Below are positions 9,046-17,359 of a DNA stretch of 64,000 bases, one piece after another. A program made the translations under genes and the position numbers. Location of the stretch: contig CAUJGQ010000138.1 in assembly GCA_963170165.1 (NCBI GenBank), positions 95,690 to 159,689 of the forward strand, given 5' to 3'. The notes below the pieces were generated by a model. The model had not been told where the DNA came from. It made no database searches and was given only the letters and a program-made list of their open reading frames with translations. The stretch is from Chloroflexota bacterium (GTDB lineage: Bacteria; Chloroflexota; Dehalococcoidia; CAUJGQ01). Position 1 is the stretch's first letter. The number at the start of each line of letters is the position of its first letter.

Positions 9046-9725
9046 TGCCCGTGGACGACCCCGGCCTCTTCCACACGCTCTACACCACACGCGCCCTGCG
9101 GCGGCTCCGGCCGGACCCCATCCCCGACCATCTCCTGTTTCAGGTGCTGGATGCCGCGATCCGCGCGCCATCCGGCGGCAACGCTCAGGACTGGCGCTGG
9201 TTGATCATCACCGAGCCGGAAACGAAGGCGGCGATCGGCCGCTGGTTCCAGGAGGCGTGGGAAGCCTATCAGCCGCAGTACGCCGCCGAGCCGGCGCTGA
9301 TGGACGCGCTGCCCCGCCACCGGCGCCTGCCATTGAAGGCGACGGCGCACCTGGTGGCGCATATCGCCGAAGCGCCGGTGATCATCGCTCCCTGCGGCAC
9401 GCGCGGGCAGCACAGCACGCCTGGCGGATCAATCTTCCCGGCCGTGCAAAACCTCCTGCTTGCCGCTCGTGGCCTCGGCCTGGGTGGTGTCATCACCAAC
9501 TTCGCCCGCGCCCATGAGGCCGGCCTGCGCACGATGCTCGGCGTCCCGGACAGCCAGCAGGTGTACTGCCTCGTGCCGCTCGGTTACCCCACGGACCTGC
9601 CCGGGCCCGTCCACCGCAAACCCGTCAGGCAGGTGGTGTTCCAGGACCGCTGGCAGCAGCCGTGGCCGTACGCGCTGGCCCAGCCGGACGAGGGGTGGGG
9701 ACAGCGATGGCTGAGCGACGGTTAG
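9045..9725 (+). CDS. Nitroreductase-family protein (NAD(P)H-flavin oxidoreductase fold)
   Basis: 226 aa; TRALRRLRPDPIPDHLL, GGNAQDWRWLI typical of the nitroreductase superfamily. GTG start overlaps the SUI1 stop by 1 nt. Confidence 0.8.
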   Translation: MPVDDPGLFHTLYTTRALRRLRPDPIPDHLLFQVLDAAIRAPSGGNAQDWRWLIITEPETKAAIGRWFQEAWEAYQPQYAAEPALMDALPRHRRLPLKATAHLVAHIAEAPVIIAPCGTRGQHSTPGGSIFPAVQNLLLAARGLGLGGVITNFARAHEAGLRTMLGVPDSQQVYCLVPLGYPTDLPGPVHRKPVRQVVFQDRWQQPWPYALAQPDEGWGQRWLSDG

Positions 9726-12676
9726 GCCGGCTGTGGATCGCGGCCGTGATCGCGCTGGGGGCGCTGGCCGGGGATGTCCGGCCCGCACGCGCCGTGACGG
9801 TGCCCGATGGCTATGCCGTGCAGACAGTGGCAGGTGGCCTCAACCGCCCGACGCGCATCGCCGCCAGTCCAGACGGGCGCATCTTCATTGCGCAACAGGA
9901 TGGGCAGGTGCGCGTGGTCCGCGACGGCGCACTGCTAACACAGCCGTTCGCAACCGTATCAACCCTCACCGGCGGTGAGCGCGGCCTGACCGGGCTCGCG
10001 CTCGATCCTGGATTTCCGTCTGCGCCGTATGTCTATCTCTACTACACCGTGGCCGGTCCACCGCCGCGCAACCGCGTCAGCCGCTTCACCGCGCGTGGGG
10101 ACCTTGCGTTCCCCGGCAGCGAAACGGTGCTCGTGGACCTGGACCCGCTGGGCGCGCCTGAGTATCACAACGGCGGTGCACTGCGATTTGGGCCGGACGG
10201 CCGGTTGTACATCGCCACTGGCGACGCGGGTAGCGCACCAAATGCCCAACGCATGGATTCACGCCACGGCAAGCTACTGCGCCTGAACCCGGACGGCAGC
10301 ATCCCGCCCGACAATCCCTTTGCCGCCACGGCAACGGGAGCCAACCGTGCGATTTGGGCGCTGGGGCTGCGCAACCCGTTTAGCATGGCCTTTGACAACG
10401 CCGGCCGGCTGTTCATCAACGATGTCGGCAACGCTGCCTGGGAGGAGATCAACGAAGGGTTAGCCGGGGCCAACTACGGCTGGCCGCTGGTGGAGGGACC
10501 AAGCACAGACCCGCGCTTCCGCGCGCCGCTGCTTGCCTATCCGCACCAGGGCGGCAGCTTCAATGGGTGCGCCATTGCCGGCGCAGCGCCGCACCAGTTC
10601 CCCAATGACCCACCCGGCGCCTACTACTTCTCCGACTATTGCCGCGGCTGGCTGCGGCGGTTCGACCCCGCGACCGGCCGGTCTACCGCCTTCGCATCAG
10701 ACCTCGGCGAAAACCCCGTTGACGTGACGCCGGCGCCCAGCGGCGGGCTGTACGTGCTGCTCTATGGACCGAACGGGCAAGGGCCGCGCGGGCAATTGCG
10801 CCGCATCTGGCACACCGGCAGCCTCGCGCCCCTGATCACCGAACAGCCCGCATCGCTGACCGTGCCGGCTGGTGGTGCAGCGGAGTTCATCGCCGAAGCC
10901 TACGGCGCTGCGCCCCTTAGCTACCGCTGGCAGCGCAACGGCGCTGATATCGCCGGGGCCACGAGTGCTGCTTACCGGCTGGCGGCCGTCAGCACCGCAG
11001 ATGATGACGCACGCTTCCGGGTGATGGTCAGCAACGCCGCCGGCGCCGTGACCAGTCAGGAGGCACGGCTCACAGTGACTCGCAACGGTCTGCCTGCCGT
11101 ACAGATCACCACTCCCGCCGCCGGCGCCCGCTACCGCGCCGGTGAGCGAATCAACTGGAGTGCGGTGGCCAGCGATCCCGATGACGGCGTCATACCACCC
11201 ACTGCTTTCACCTGGTGGGTTGACTTCCATCACGACACCCACGCGCACCCGTTCATTCTCCCCACCGGCGGCGCCACCTCCGGCAGCTTCACCATCCCCG
11301 ATGAGGGCGAGACAGCGACGAATGTTTGGTACCGGCTGTACGTCTCGGTGCGGGATCAGGCCGGTGTGATGGCTACCACCGCCCGGGATGTGCACCCCCA
11401 CTCCACCACCATCACCTTCACCTCCGTACCCATTGGGCTGCTGCTGACGGTGGACGGCCGGCCGCTGCGCGCGCCGTTCCAGGTGGAGAGCGTGACCGGG
11501 ATGAAGCGCACCGCCGGCGCGGTCACGCCCCAGGCGCATGACGGCGTTAACTATGAGTTTCTCGCCTGGAGCGACGGTGGCGCTGCCACGCACGCCATTA
11601 CCACGCCCGACAGCGGGGCAACGCTGACCGTTACGTATGCGCCGGCAGCCCCCACCATCCCTCACGCACCATCGGGCCTGCACGCGCTGAGCACGGGAGC
11701 GGCCGGCAACCACATCCTCTGGCAGGACAACGCGGCCAATGAGGATACCTTCCAGGTCGTGTGGTCACGCTCCGCGCCCATAGCCTGGAACGTGGTGGAC
11801 CTGCCGGGTGACACGGAGGAGTGGACACACACACCGGTCACCACCGACCGCAGCTATTTCTACTTCGTTCGGTCCTGTAATGTGGCGGGCTGTTCCGGCT
11901 GGTCACCGGGCCTGCGCATCGACTATTCCGTACCAGTTGCCCCTGCCGGCCTGCGCGCTGAGGTGGTAACGGAGACCACCGTCGAACTTCGTTGGGAGAA
12001 TACGCCCGTCGACGAGCAATCGATTGAGGTGGCGTGGACCGCGGCCTCACCCGTCGCCTACCACGTCATTGAACTGGCGCCCGACGTGACCGCGACCACG
12101 CTGGCCGGGCTGAGTCCCGGAACGCGGTACTGGGTACATATCCGTGCCTGTAACCTGCTGGGATGTAGTGACTGGTCCGGCGGCATCGAGACGGTCACCT
12201 CGGGCGGTACGCCACCACCACTGCCGTCACAGGTCCGCGCCGGTGCGATCACCGCGACCAGCATCGAGGTGCAGTGGGATGGACCGGTTGCCGGGGCAAC
12301 GGCCCTGCAATCCGCCTGGACACGGGCCGATGCCATCACCTACCAGTTCGCCACCATCGCGCCGGAGGCAACCGCCTGGACGCTGACCGGTGCCGTCGCG
12401 GGCCGGAGCTACTATTTCCACCTGCGCGCCTGCAACGGCGGCGGCTGCTCCGGCTGGACCGGCGCCCTGACGGTTACCACCCCGGGTGACAGCCGCGGTG
12501 GCAGCGCGCCACTCCAGCTCTCTCCCGGCGCGCCGCCCGCAAACGCTCCGCCGCCGGCCGCGTCGGTGCGCGCCGCCGGTCGCGCGCCCCGCCCGCCGGA
12601 GGTGCGCACCGCGACGCGGTTGCCCGCCACTCCGCCGCCGCCGGCCGTCCCTGCATCCGGACGGCGGACGCGTTGA
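9707..12676 (+). CDS. Secreted PQQ-dependent sugar dehydrogenase (soluble glucose/sorbosone dehydrogenase beta-propeller) with Ig-like domain, three FN3 repeats and Pro/Ala-rich C-terminal tail
   Basis: Start ATG 9707 (MAERRLGRLWIAAVIALGALAG, signal peptide) inside track ORF 9662..12676, RBS GGGGTGGGGA. SGDH motifs RPTRIAASPDGRIFIAQQDGQVRVV, GLRNPFSMAFD. Ig-like block around aa 390-470. Three FN3 repeats ending FVRSCNVAGCSGWS, HIRACNLLGCSDWS, HLRACNGGGCSGWT. Confidence 0.8.
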   Translation: MAERRLGRLWIAAVIALGALAGDVRPARAVTVPDGYAVQTVAGGLNRPTRIAASPDGRIFIAQQDGQVRVVRDGALLTQPFATVSTLTGGERGLTGLALDPGFPSAPYVYLYYTVAGPPPRNRVSRFTARGDLAFPGSETVLVDLDPLGAPEYHNGGALRFGPDGRLYIATGDAGSAPNAQRMDSRHGKLLRLNPDGSIPPDNPFAATATGANRAIWALGLRNPFSMAFDNAGRLFINDVGNAAWEEINEGLAGANYGWPLVEGPSTDPRFRAPLLAYPHQGGSFNGCAIAGAAPHQFPNDPPGAYYFSDYCRGWLRRFDPATGRSTAFASDLGENPVDVTPAPSGGLYVLLYGPNGQGPRGQLRRIWHTGSLAPLITEQPASLTVPAGGAAEFIAEAYGAAPLSYRWQRNGADIAGATSAAYRLAAVSTADDDARFRVMVSNAAGAVTSQEARLTVTRNGLPAVQITTPAAGARYRAGERINWSAVASDPDDGVIPPTAFTWWVDFHHDTHAHPFILPTGGATSGSFTIPDEGETATNVWYRLYVSVRDQAGVMATTARDVHPHSTTITFTSVPIGLLLTVDGRPLRAPFQVESVTGMKRTAGAVTPQAHDGVNYEFLAWSDGGAATHAITTPDSGATLTVTYAPAAPTIPHAPSGLHALSTGAAGNHILWQDNAANEDTFQVVWSRSAPIAWNVVDLPGDTEEWTHTPVTTDRSYFYFVRSCNVAGCSGWSPGLRIDYSVPVAPAGLRAEVVTETTVELRWENTPVDEQSIEVAWTAASPVAYHVIELAPDVTATTLAGLSPGTRYWVHIRACNLLGCSDWSGGIETVTSGGTPPPLPSQVRAGAITATSIEVQWDGPVAGATALQSAWTRADAITYQFATIAPEATAWTLTGAVAGRSYYFHLRACNGGGCSGWTGALTVTTPGDSRGGSAPLQLSPGAPPANAPPPAASVRAAGRAPRPPEVRTATRLPATPPPPAVPASGRRTR
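11640..12490 (+). repeat. Three tandem FN3-like repeats with paired Cys (Y-x-Y-x-V-R-[AS]-C-N-x-x-G-C-S-x-W-[ST])
   Basis: Period about 270 nt, seen at both protein and DNA level. Same module as in CDS 37399..41040. Boundaries approximate. Confidence 0.6.
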
Positions 12677-12694
12677 CCGCGGATGGCGCCCGGC

Positions 12695-13882
12695 TCAGCG
12701 CCGCACCTGCCGGCGAGTGGCCTCGGCCAGAGCGATCAGCACCGCGCAGCCGGCGACGGTCACCATGATGCCGGCTGCCGGCCCGCCTGAGTCCAGGATC
12801 TGGCCCTGCGCCCAGGGGATACCAAGTGCGCCCACGGCCGACAGAGAGGCGAGAATGCCACTGGCGCTACCCACCGTCGCCGGAAAGGCGCGCGCGGAGA
12901 TAGCGAACGCCACCGGCCACACCGGCCCAAACCCCAGCCCGGCGGTGAGAATGCCGGCAGAGACGAGCACCGCCGAGGAGCCGCCCAGCACCAGCAGTAC
13001 GGACCCGGCGGCACTGATCGCCGCGGAGAGCAGCAGCAAACCCGCTGGGGAGAGCCGCCGCAGTGCCAGGGGTGACAGCAGCCGTCCGGCGGTGAGCGCG
13101 GCCCAGAAGCCCGAGCTAAGCAGTGTTGCCGCCGCTCCCCCCAATCCGGCGGACTCACGGGCGTAGGTGAAAGCCCACCCACCCACGCCGACTTCGACGC
13201 CGACGTACACCAGCAACAGCGCCGCCAGCAACCAGAGCAGGCCCGCCCGCCGCAGCGCTGGGGCACCATGCGCATCCGGCTGATGGCGCGCGCCGTGAGC
13301 GGGCAGCCGGGAAAACAGTATCAGTGCAGCCAGCACGAGCTGCGCCCCGCCATAGAGGGCAAAGAGCGGCAAGGGTGAGACACCGGCCAGGCGCAGTGCC
13401 GCCCCCAGGGCCGGGCCACCGATGGCGCCAACACCGAACATCACGTTCAGCCGGTTGAGCGCCGCCGCTTCCCGACCGGGGCTGGCTGCCGCTACCAGCA
13501 CATGCGCCACCACCACTAGCGCGCCGTCACCAGTGCCGGTGACGATCCCCGCACCGAGCAGCGCCGGATATGAGCGCGCCAGCGGGATCAGCAGCAGCCC
13601 GAGGCCGTTGATCGCCAGCCCCAGCGCTGCCGGCGCGCGAAAACCGTAGCGGTCCACGGCGCGGCCCGCCAGATAGGTGCTCACCATGGAGGCGCCAAAG
13701 ATGGCGGTGAACAGCGCACCGGTGTCACCCAGCGATGCTCCCGTTCGCCGGGAGAGATCGCCGAGCGCCGGGCCGACCAGCGCAATGTACAGCCCGATCA
13801 CGCCCAATCCGGCATAGCTGACAGCACGGGCCGCAGGGCAGGAGGCGCCGGCGGCCACAGCAGGGGCGAGTGCCCGCGACAT
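12695..13882 (-). CDS. MFS transporter
   Basis: 395 aa, about 12 TM, MFS motif GRAVDRYGFRAP. Confidence 0.85.
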   Translation of the reverse strand: MSRALAPAVAAGASCPAARAVSYAGLGVIGLYIALVGPALGDLSRRTGASLGDTGALFTAIFGASMVSTYLAGRAVDRYGFRAPAALGLAINGLGLLLIPLARSYPALLGAGIVTGTGDGALVVVAHVLVAAASPGREAAALNRLNVMFGVGAIGGPALGAALRLAGVSPLPLFALYGGAQLVLAALILFSRLPAHGARHQPDAHGAPALRRAGLLWLLAALLLVYVGVEVGVGGWAFTYARESAGLGGAAATLLSSGFWAALTAGRLLSPLALRRLSPAGLLLLSAAISAAGSVLLVLGGSSAVLVSAGILTAGLGFGPVWPVAFAISARAFPATVGSASGILASLSAVGALGIPWAQGQILDSGGPAAGIMVTVAGCAVLIALAEATRRQVRR

Positions 13883-13896
13883 CGAGACTCCCTAGA

Positions 13897-13920
13897 CAGC
13901 GGGTCAGCGGGTCAGCGGGT
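13897..13920. repeat. 3x perfect tandem octamer CAGCGGGT (GACCCGCT on minus) in MFS 5' UTR
   Basis: Positions 13897-13904, 13905-13912, 13913-13920, directly upstream of the MFS RBS (minus GGGAG) and start at 13882. Confidence 0.5.
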
Positions 13921-14020
13921 CTGCCATCTCCTGCCAGCATAGCGCGTCGCAGCCGTGATGCCCGCCAGGCCGCACGATGGCGGCCTATGTGGCGGAGAGC
14001 GTGCGGCGCTCGGCGTCGGG

Positions 14021-14872
14021 CTACCGGGCGATAACGGCGCGGAAGTCAGGCTGACGCTTCTCCATGAAGGCGGTGACCGCCTCGCGGAACTCTGGCGAGG
14101 CGTACGCCTGGCCGAGCGCTTCCCCCTCGCGCGAGATGACGGCGTCCAGATCCTGCTCGACGGCGTTGGCAGAGAACAGGCGCTTGGCCAGCTGCAGCTG
14201 CGTCGGCGGTAGGGCAGCGATGCTGTTTGCCAGCGTCAGCGCCTCTTCCATCAACTGCGCATCCGGCACCACGCGTGACACCAGGCCGATCTGCTTGGCC
14301 TCGGCGGCGTCTACCATCCGCGCGGTCAGACACATCTCCAGCGCCGCGCCCAGCCCCACGATCTGGGCGAGGAAGTACGTGCTGGCCAGTTCCGGCACCA
14401 CGCCCATCTTGGCAAAGACGGCGCCGAAGCGGGCGCTCTCACCGGCGATGCGGATATCGGCGGGCAGTACCTGGGTGAGGCCAATACCGACGGCCACGCC
14501 GTTGACCGCAGCGATCACCGGCTTGGACTGCTGCAACAGGTGAACCCAGCTATCGCCGCGCGGCGCGGCGCCACCACCGGTGGACGGCCCCGAGCCGCGC
14601 TGGAAGCTCTGGTTCCAGTTGCTGATGTCAGCACCGGCGCAGAAACCGCGCCCCGCGCCAGTCAGCACGATCACGGCAACGTCAGGATCGGCGTTCGCCT
14701 GCTGGATGGCTTCGCGCAGTTCGGCGGACATGGTCGCCGTCCAGGCGTTGAGCTTCTCCGGGCGATTGAGGGTGAGCACGGTGACGGGGCCACGGCGTTC
14801 GGCCAGGATCTGTTCGTAAGCCACGGTATCCTCCCCCCGGCGCCCTGCTGATGGTACACCGGTGCTGCCCAT
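14021..14872 (-). CDS. Enoyl-CoA hydratase/isomerase (crotonase) family protein
   Basis: Crotonase fold motifs VTVLTLNRPEKLNAW, GAGRGFCAGADI, AAVNGVAVGIGL. Start trimmed to internal ATG (MGSTGVPS); the 5' 159 codons of track ORF 14021..15349 look non-coding. Confidence 0.8.
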   Translation of the reverse strand: MGSTGVPSAGRRGEDTVAYEQILAERRGPVTVLTLNRPEKLNAWTATMSAELREAIQQANADPDVAVIVLTGAGRGFCAGADISNWNQSFQRGSGPSTGGGAAPRGDSWVHLLQQSKPVIAAVNGVAVGIGLTQVLPADIRIAGESARFGAVFAKMGVVPELASTYFLAQIVGLGAALEMCLTARMVDAAEAKQIGLVSRVVPDAQLMEEALTLANSIAALPPTQLQLAKRLFSANAVEQDLDAVISREGEALGQAYASPEFREAVTAFMEKRQPDFRAVIAR

Positions 14873-14976
14873 TACACGGCCACGGGCAACAGGGGTCAAC
14901 GCCGCCGCCACGTCGAGCGCCGCCCGACCCACGAAGGATACAGGCGGCGCTCGCTGGGGAGCCTGCAGTCTGCGGG

Positions 14977-15423
14977 CTAGCGGCTGCCAAGCAACCGGAA
15001 GCGTTGTAGCTTGAACTGGAAGTAAAGGAAGCAGCCGAAGCAGAAACCGGCCAGAGCGATGCTGGCCGCCACCGCCACCATCAGGGATAGCGCCCAGCCC
15101 AGCGCCGGTGCGCCCGCAACAAAGGCCACCTGCGCCAGGCCGAACAGCGTCAGGGCGATGCTGTTGTTGAAGCGCATCAGCCCGCGGTCCTCGCGCGGGG
15201 CGGTGGCAACCCGCCGGGAGAACAGCCGGACCCCGGTCTGGTAAATCAGGCTGCACCGTGAGCCGCCAGCGACTGCGGCGGCCAGCACCAGGAACAGCGC
15301 CGTGGTGAACAGCGGCTGCTGCAGCACGAGCCCGGCCACCACCCCGCAAGCCAGCACCCAGCGGTTGAGGGTCACCACCGGCATCGGGATGCCGTCATTG
15401 CAGTCCGGTACGCGCTGCTTCAT
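14977..15423 (-). CDS. Small hydrophobic membrane protein, function unknown
   Basis: 148 aa, about 4 predicted TM helices, GC3-rich codon usage, AT-richer upstream region 15440-15480. Confidence 0.45.
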   Translation of the reverse strand: MKQRVPDCNDGIPMPVVTLNRWVLACGVVAGLVLQQPLFTTALFLVLAAAVAGGSRCSLIYQTGVRLFSRRVATAPREDRGLMRFNNSIALTLFGLAQVAFVAGAPALGWALSLMVAVAASIALAGFCFGCFLYFQFKLQRFRLLGSR

Positions 15424-15601
15424 TGCCCGCTCCGAGCATGGGATGGTTGTTGATAAAGTAAATCATGTTTGCGCCGAGATGACAAGCGTTGGCTCAGCAC
15501 GCATGACGTGGCCCGGAACACGGCTGAGATACGCTGCTCAGTGGAGAGGGGCACGGTCGGGCGGAGCGGTCCGGCCGGAGGGGGACGTCACCCCCGGTGG
15601 G

Positions 15602-16072
15602 TCAGTGGTTCTCGCCGGCGAGCCAGCGCCTGATGGCGTCGAGATGGCCACCCTCGTGGTGCGCAACGTTGCGCGCAAAGAACTGGGCGCGCTCAAGCTG
15701 GGGAAGCACCGAGCGGCACGCACGCACCGCGGCCTCGTGACGGGTATGCGCCGCGTCGAGGTCCGCCAGCAACTGATCCCATGACCGCCCGCGGCTACGG
15801 TCGACGATCCGGCCGTTCCACGCGTGCGGCGGGCCCGGCGGACCGTAGTCGCTGATCGCGGGCGCCTCGCCCTGCGCCACGCGCTCAAGGGCCTCGGCGT
15901 AGCCTGCCTGGGCACCGGCAAGATGTGCAACGATATCGCGACACCGCCACTCCCCCACCGCGATGGCGTCGCGCCGCTCGGCGGGGATGCGGTCAAGCAC
16001 GGCCAGTGTCTCGGCGCGTACGCCGGCATTCGCCGCAAGCGTGACCTCGATATCGAATACACCGGAGGCCAT
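15602..16072 (-). CDS. DinB/YfiT-like (mycothiol-dependent maleylpyruvate isomerase N-terminal domain family) protein
   Basis: RDIVAHLAGAQAGY motif typical of DinB_2/MDMPI_N. Start chosen at internal ATG (MASGVFD) of track ORF 15602..16171. Confidence 0.6.
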   Translation of the reverse strand: MASGVFDIEVTLAANAGVRAETLAVLDRIPAERRDAIAVGEWRCRDIVAHLAGAQAGYAEALERVAQGEAPAISDYGPPGPPHAWNGRIVDRSRGRSWDQLLADLDAAHTRHEAAVRACRSVLPQLERAQFFARNVAHHEGGHLDAIRRWLAGENH

Positions 16073-16222
16073 CGGGCGGCTCCTCTCCCCGTCGCCGGTT
16101 GGATGCCGGGACAGTAGCAGATCGACGGCCACAACGTCGACCACCGACGGCGGATCGCGGAGATCTGTCAAGCGCCATCACCGTCCGCCGGTTGGCTTCT
16201 CCGCCAGAGCCACCCCAGACTA

Positions 16223-16993
16223 CTACTGTGCCTTGTGCGCCTCCAGCAAGTACTTCCAGCCGGCAAATGACAGCGGCCGGCCGCCGTCCAGGCGCGCTTG
16301 CAGGCGTAGCAGCCCGTCCAGGTGAGTGGCGACCCGGAAGTCCGGCGCCTCCCACGGCACGGTTTTGAGGTAATACACCACGGCTGCCACATCCCGGAAG
16401 GTGAGCGCACCGCGCGACTCGCGCACGTCGGTCACCGCCAGTCCCGCCGCGGACAGCCGTGGGACATACTGCGCCGGGGTAGCGTTGGGGAACGGAGGAG
16501 TCCAGCCGAAGTAGGCGAGCAAGTCTTCTGCCCAGCGGCCGTGCACCTGTTGGGTGAGAAACACGCCACCGGGCGCCAGCACGCGCGCCACCTCAGCGGC
16601 GTTGAAGGCGGAGTGGCGGTTGAGCACGGCGTCAAAGGCGGCGTCCACGAATGGCAACGGTGTGTGATCCTCGGCAGGAGCGCACACTACGTCCACGCCC
16701 AGCCGGCCGAGCCGCTCCCCCGCCAGCCGGATGTTCGGCGGGTAGTCCTCCGTCACCACCAGGCGGGCGGGCCAGTGCCGCTGCAGCTCCAGCAGCCGTT
16801 CACCGCCGCCGGTACCGAGGTCCAGCGCTGACCGCGCCCTCTCCAACAGCACCCCGGCCCGCTCCACGTAGCTCCAGGGCAGCTCATCCTCAACCATCCG
16901 CCCCGCCAGGTGCGCGTAGTCCCAGCCGGTAAACGGCGCCTGCTCCTCTCGCTGCCATTGTGCAATCAGCGCGGCGCGCCGGGCGGGTGTCAC
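16223..16993 (-). CDS. Class I SAM-dependent methyltransferase
   Basis: 256 aa; motif I LDLGTGGGERLLEL, post-I acidic residue, VLAPGGVFL. Confidence 0.8.
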   Translation of the reverse strand: MTPARRAALIAQWQREEQAPFTGWDYAHLAGRMVEDELPWSYVERAGVLLERARSALDLGTGGGERLLELQRHWPARLVVTEDYPPNIRLAGERLGRLGVDVVCAPAEDHTPLPFVDAAFDAVLNRHSAFNAAEVARVLAPGGVFLTQQVHGRWAEDLLAYFGWTPPFPNATPAQYVPRLSAAGLAVTDVRESRGALTFRDVAAVVYYLKTVPWEAPDFRVATHLDGLLRLQARLDGGRPLSFAGWKYLLEAHKAQ

Positions 16994-17349
16994 GGGCCGT
17001 CCCCGCGCCGCAGCCGGCCCAGCTCGCGGTAGCTGAGCAGCGTGATCACCGCCACGCCGCCGAGCAGGATCCCCAGCTCGACGCCGAGGAACAGGGCGGC
17101 GCGCGCTTCGTCATCCTCAACCGGCGCCAGCGCCAGCCCCACAGCGCCGGCCACGATGGCCGCACTCCACCACAGCATCAGGTGGCCGCCATAGGCGTTG
17201 AGCGGGTACCAGATTGCTGGGTCGAACACGTCGGACGCCAGCCGAAAGCCATACCACTGGTTGGGGGGCACCCGACCACGGATCAGCGGCACAGCCAGCA
17301 CGCCGAACAGCAGCCCGATCCCTGCCAGCAGCGCAGCCATCCACCACAT
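16990..17349 (-). CDS. SdpI/YhfL-family small membrane protein
   Basis: Start ATG 17349 after RBS GAGGAGG. Motif RVPPNQWYGFRLASDVFDPAIWYPLN typical of SdpI/YhfL. 4-nt overlap with the downstream methyltransferase gene. Confidence 0.65.
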   Translation of the reverse strand: MWWMAALLAGIGLLFGVLAVPLIRGRVPPNQWYGFRLASDVFDPAIWYPLNAYGGHLMLWWSAAIVAGAVGLALAPVEDDEARAALFLGVELGILLGGVAVITLLSYRELGRLRRGDGP

Positions 17350-17359
17350 CGCTGCCTCC

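Noticed and set aside
11640-12490. Tandem DNA repeats as possible CRISPR or satellite array
   Set aside because: The repeats are in-frame FN3 domain duplications inside a continuous ORF, with period about 270 nt and imperfect identity. No short direct repeats with unique spacers anywhere in the window.
14873-15349. N-terminal 159 codons of track ORF 14021..15349
   Set aside because: Gly/Arg/Pro-rich non-protein-like sequence. The crotonase fold begins at the internal Met. This region is more likely the 3' UTR of the small membrane protein gene.
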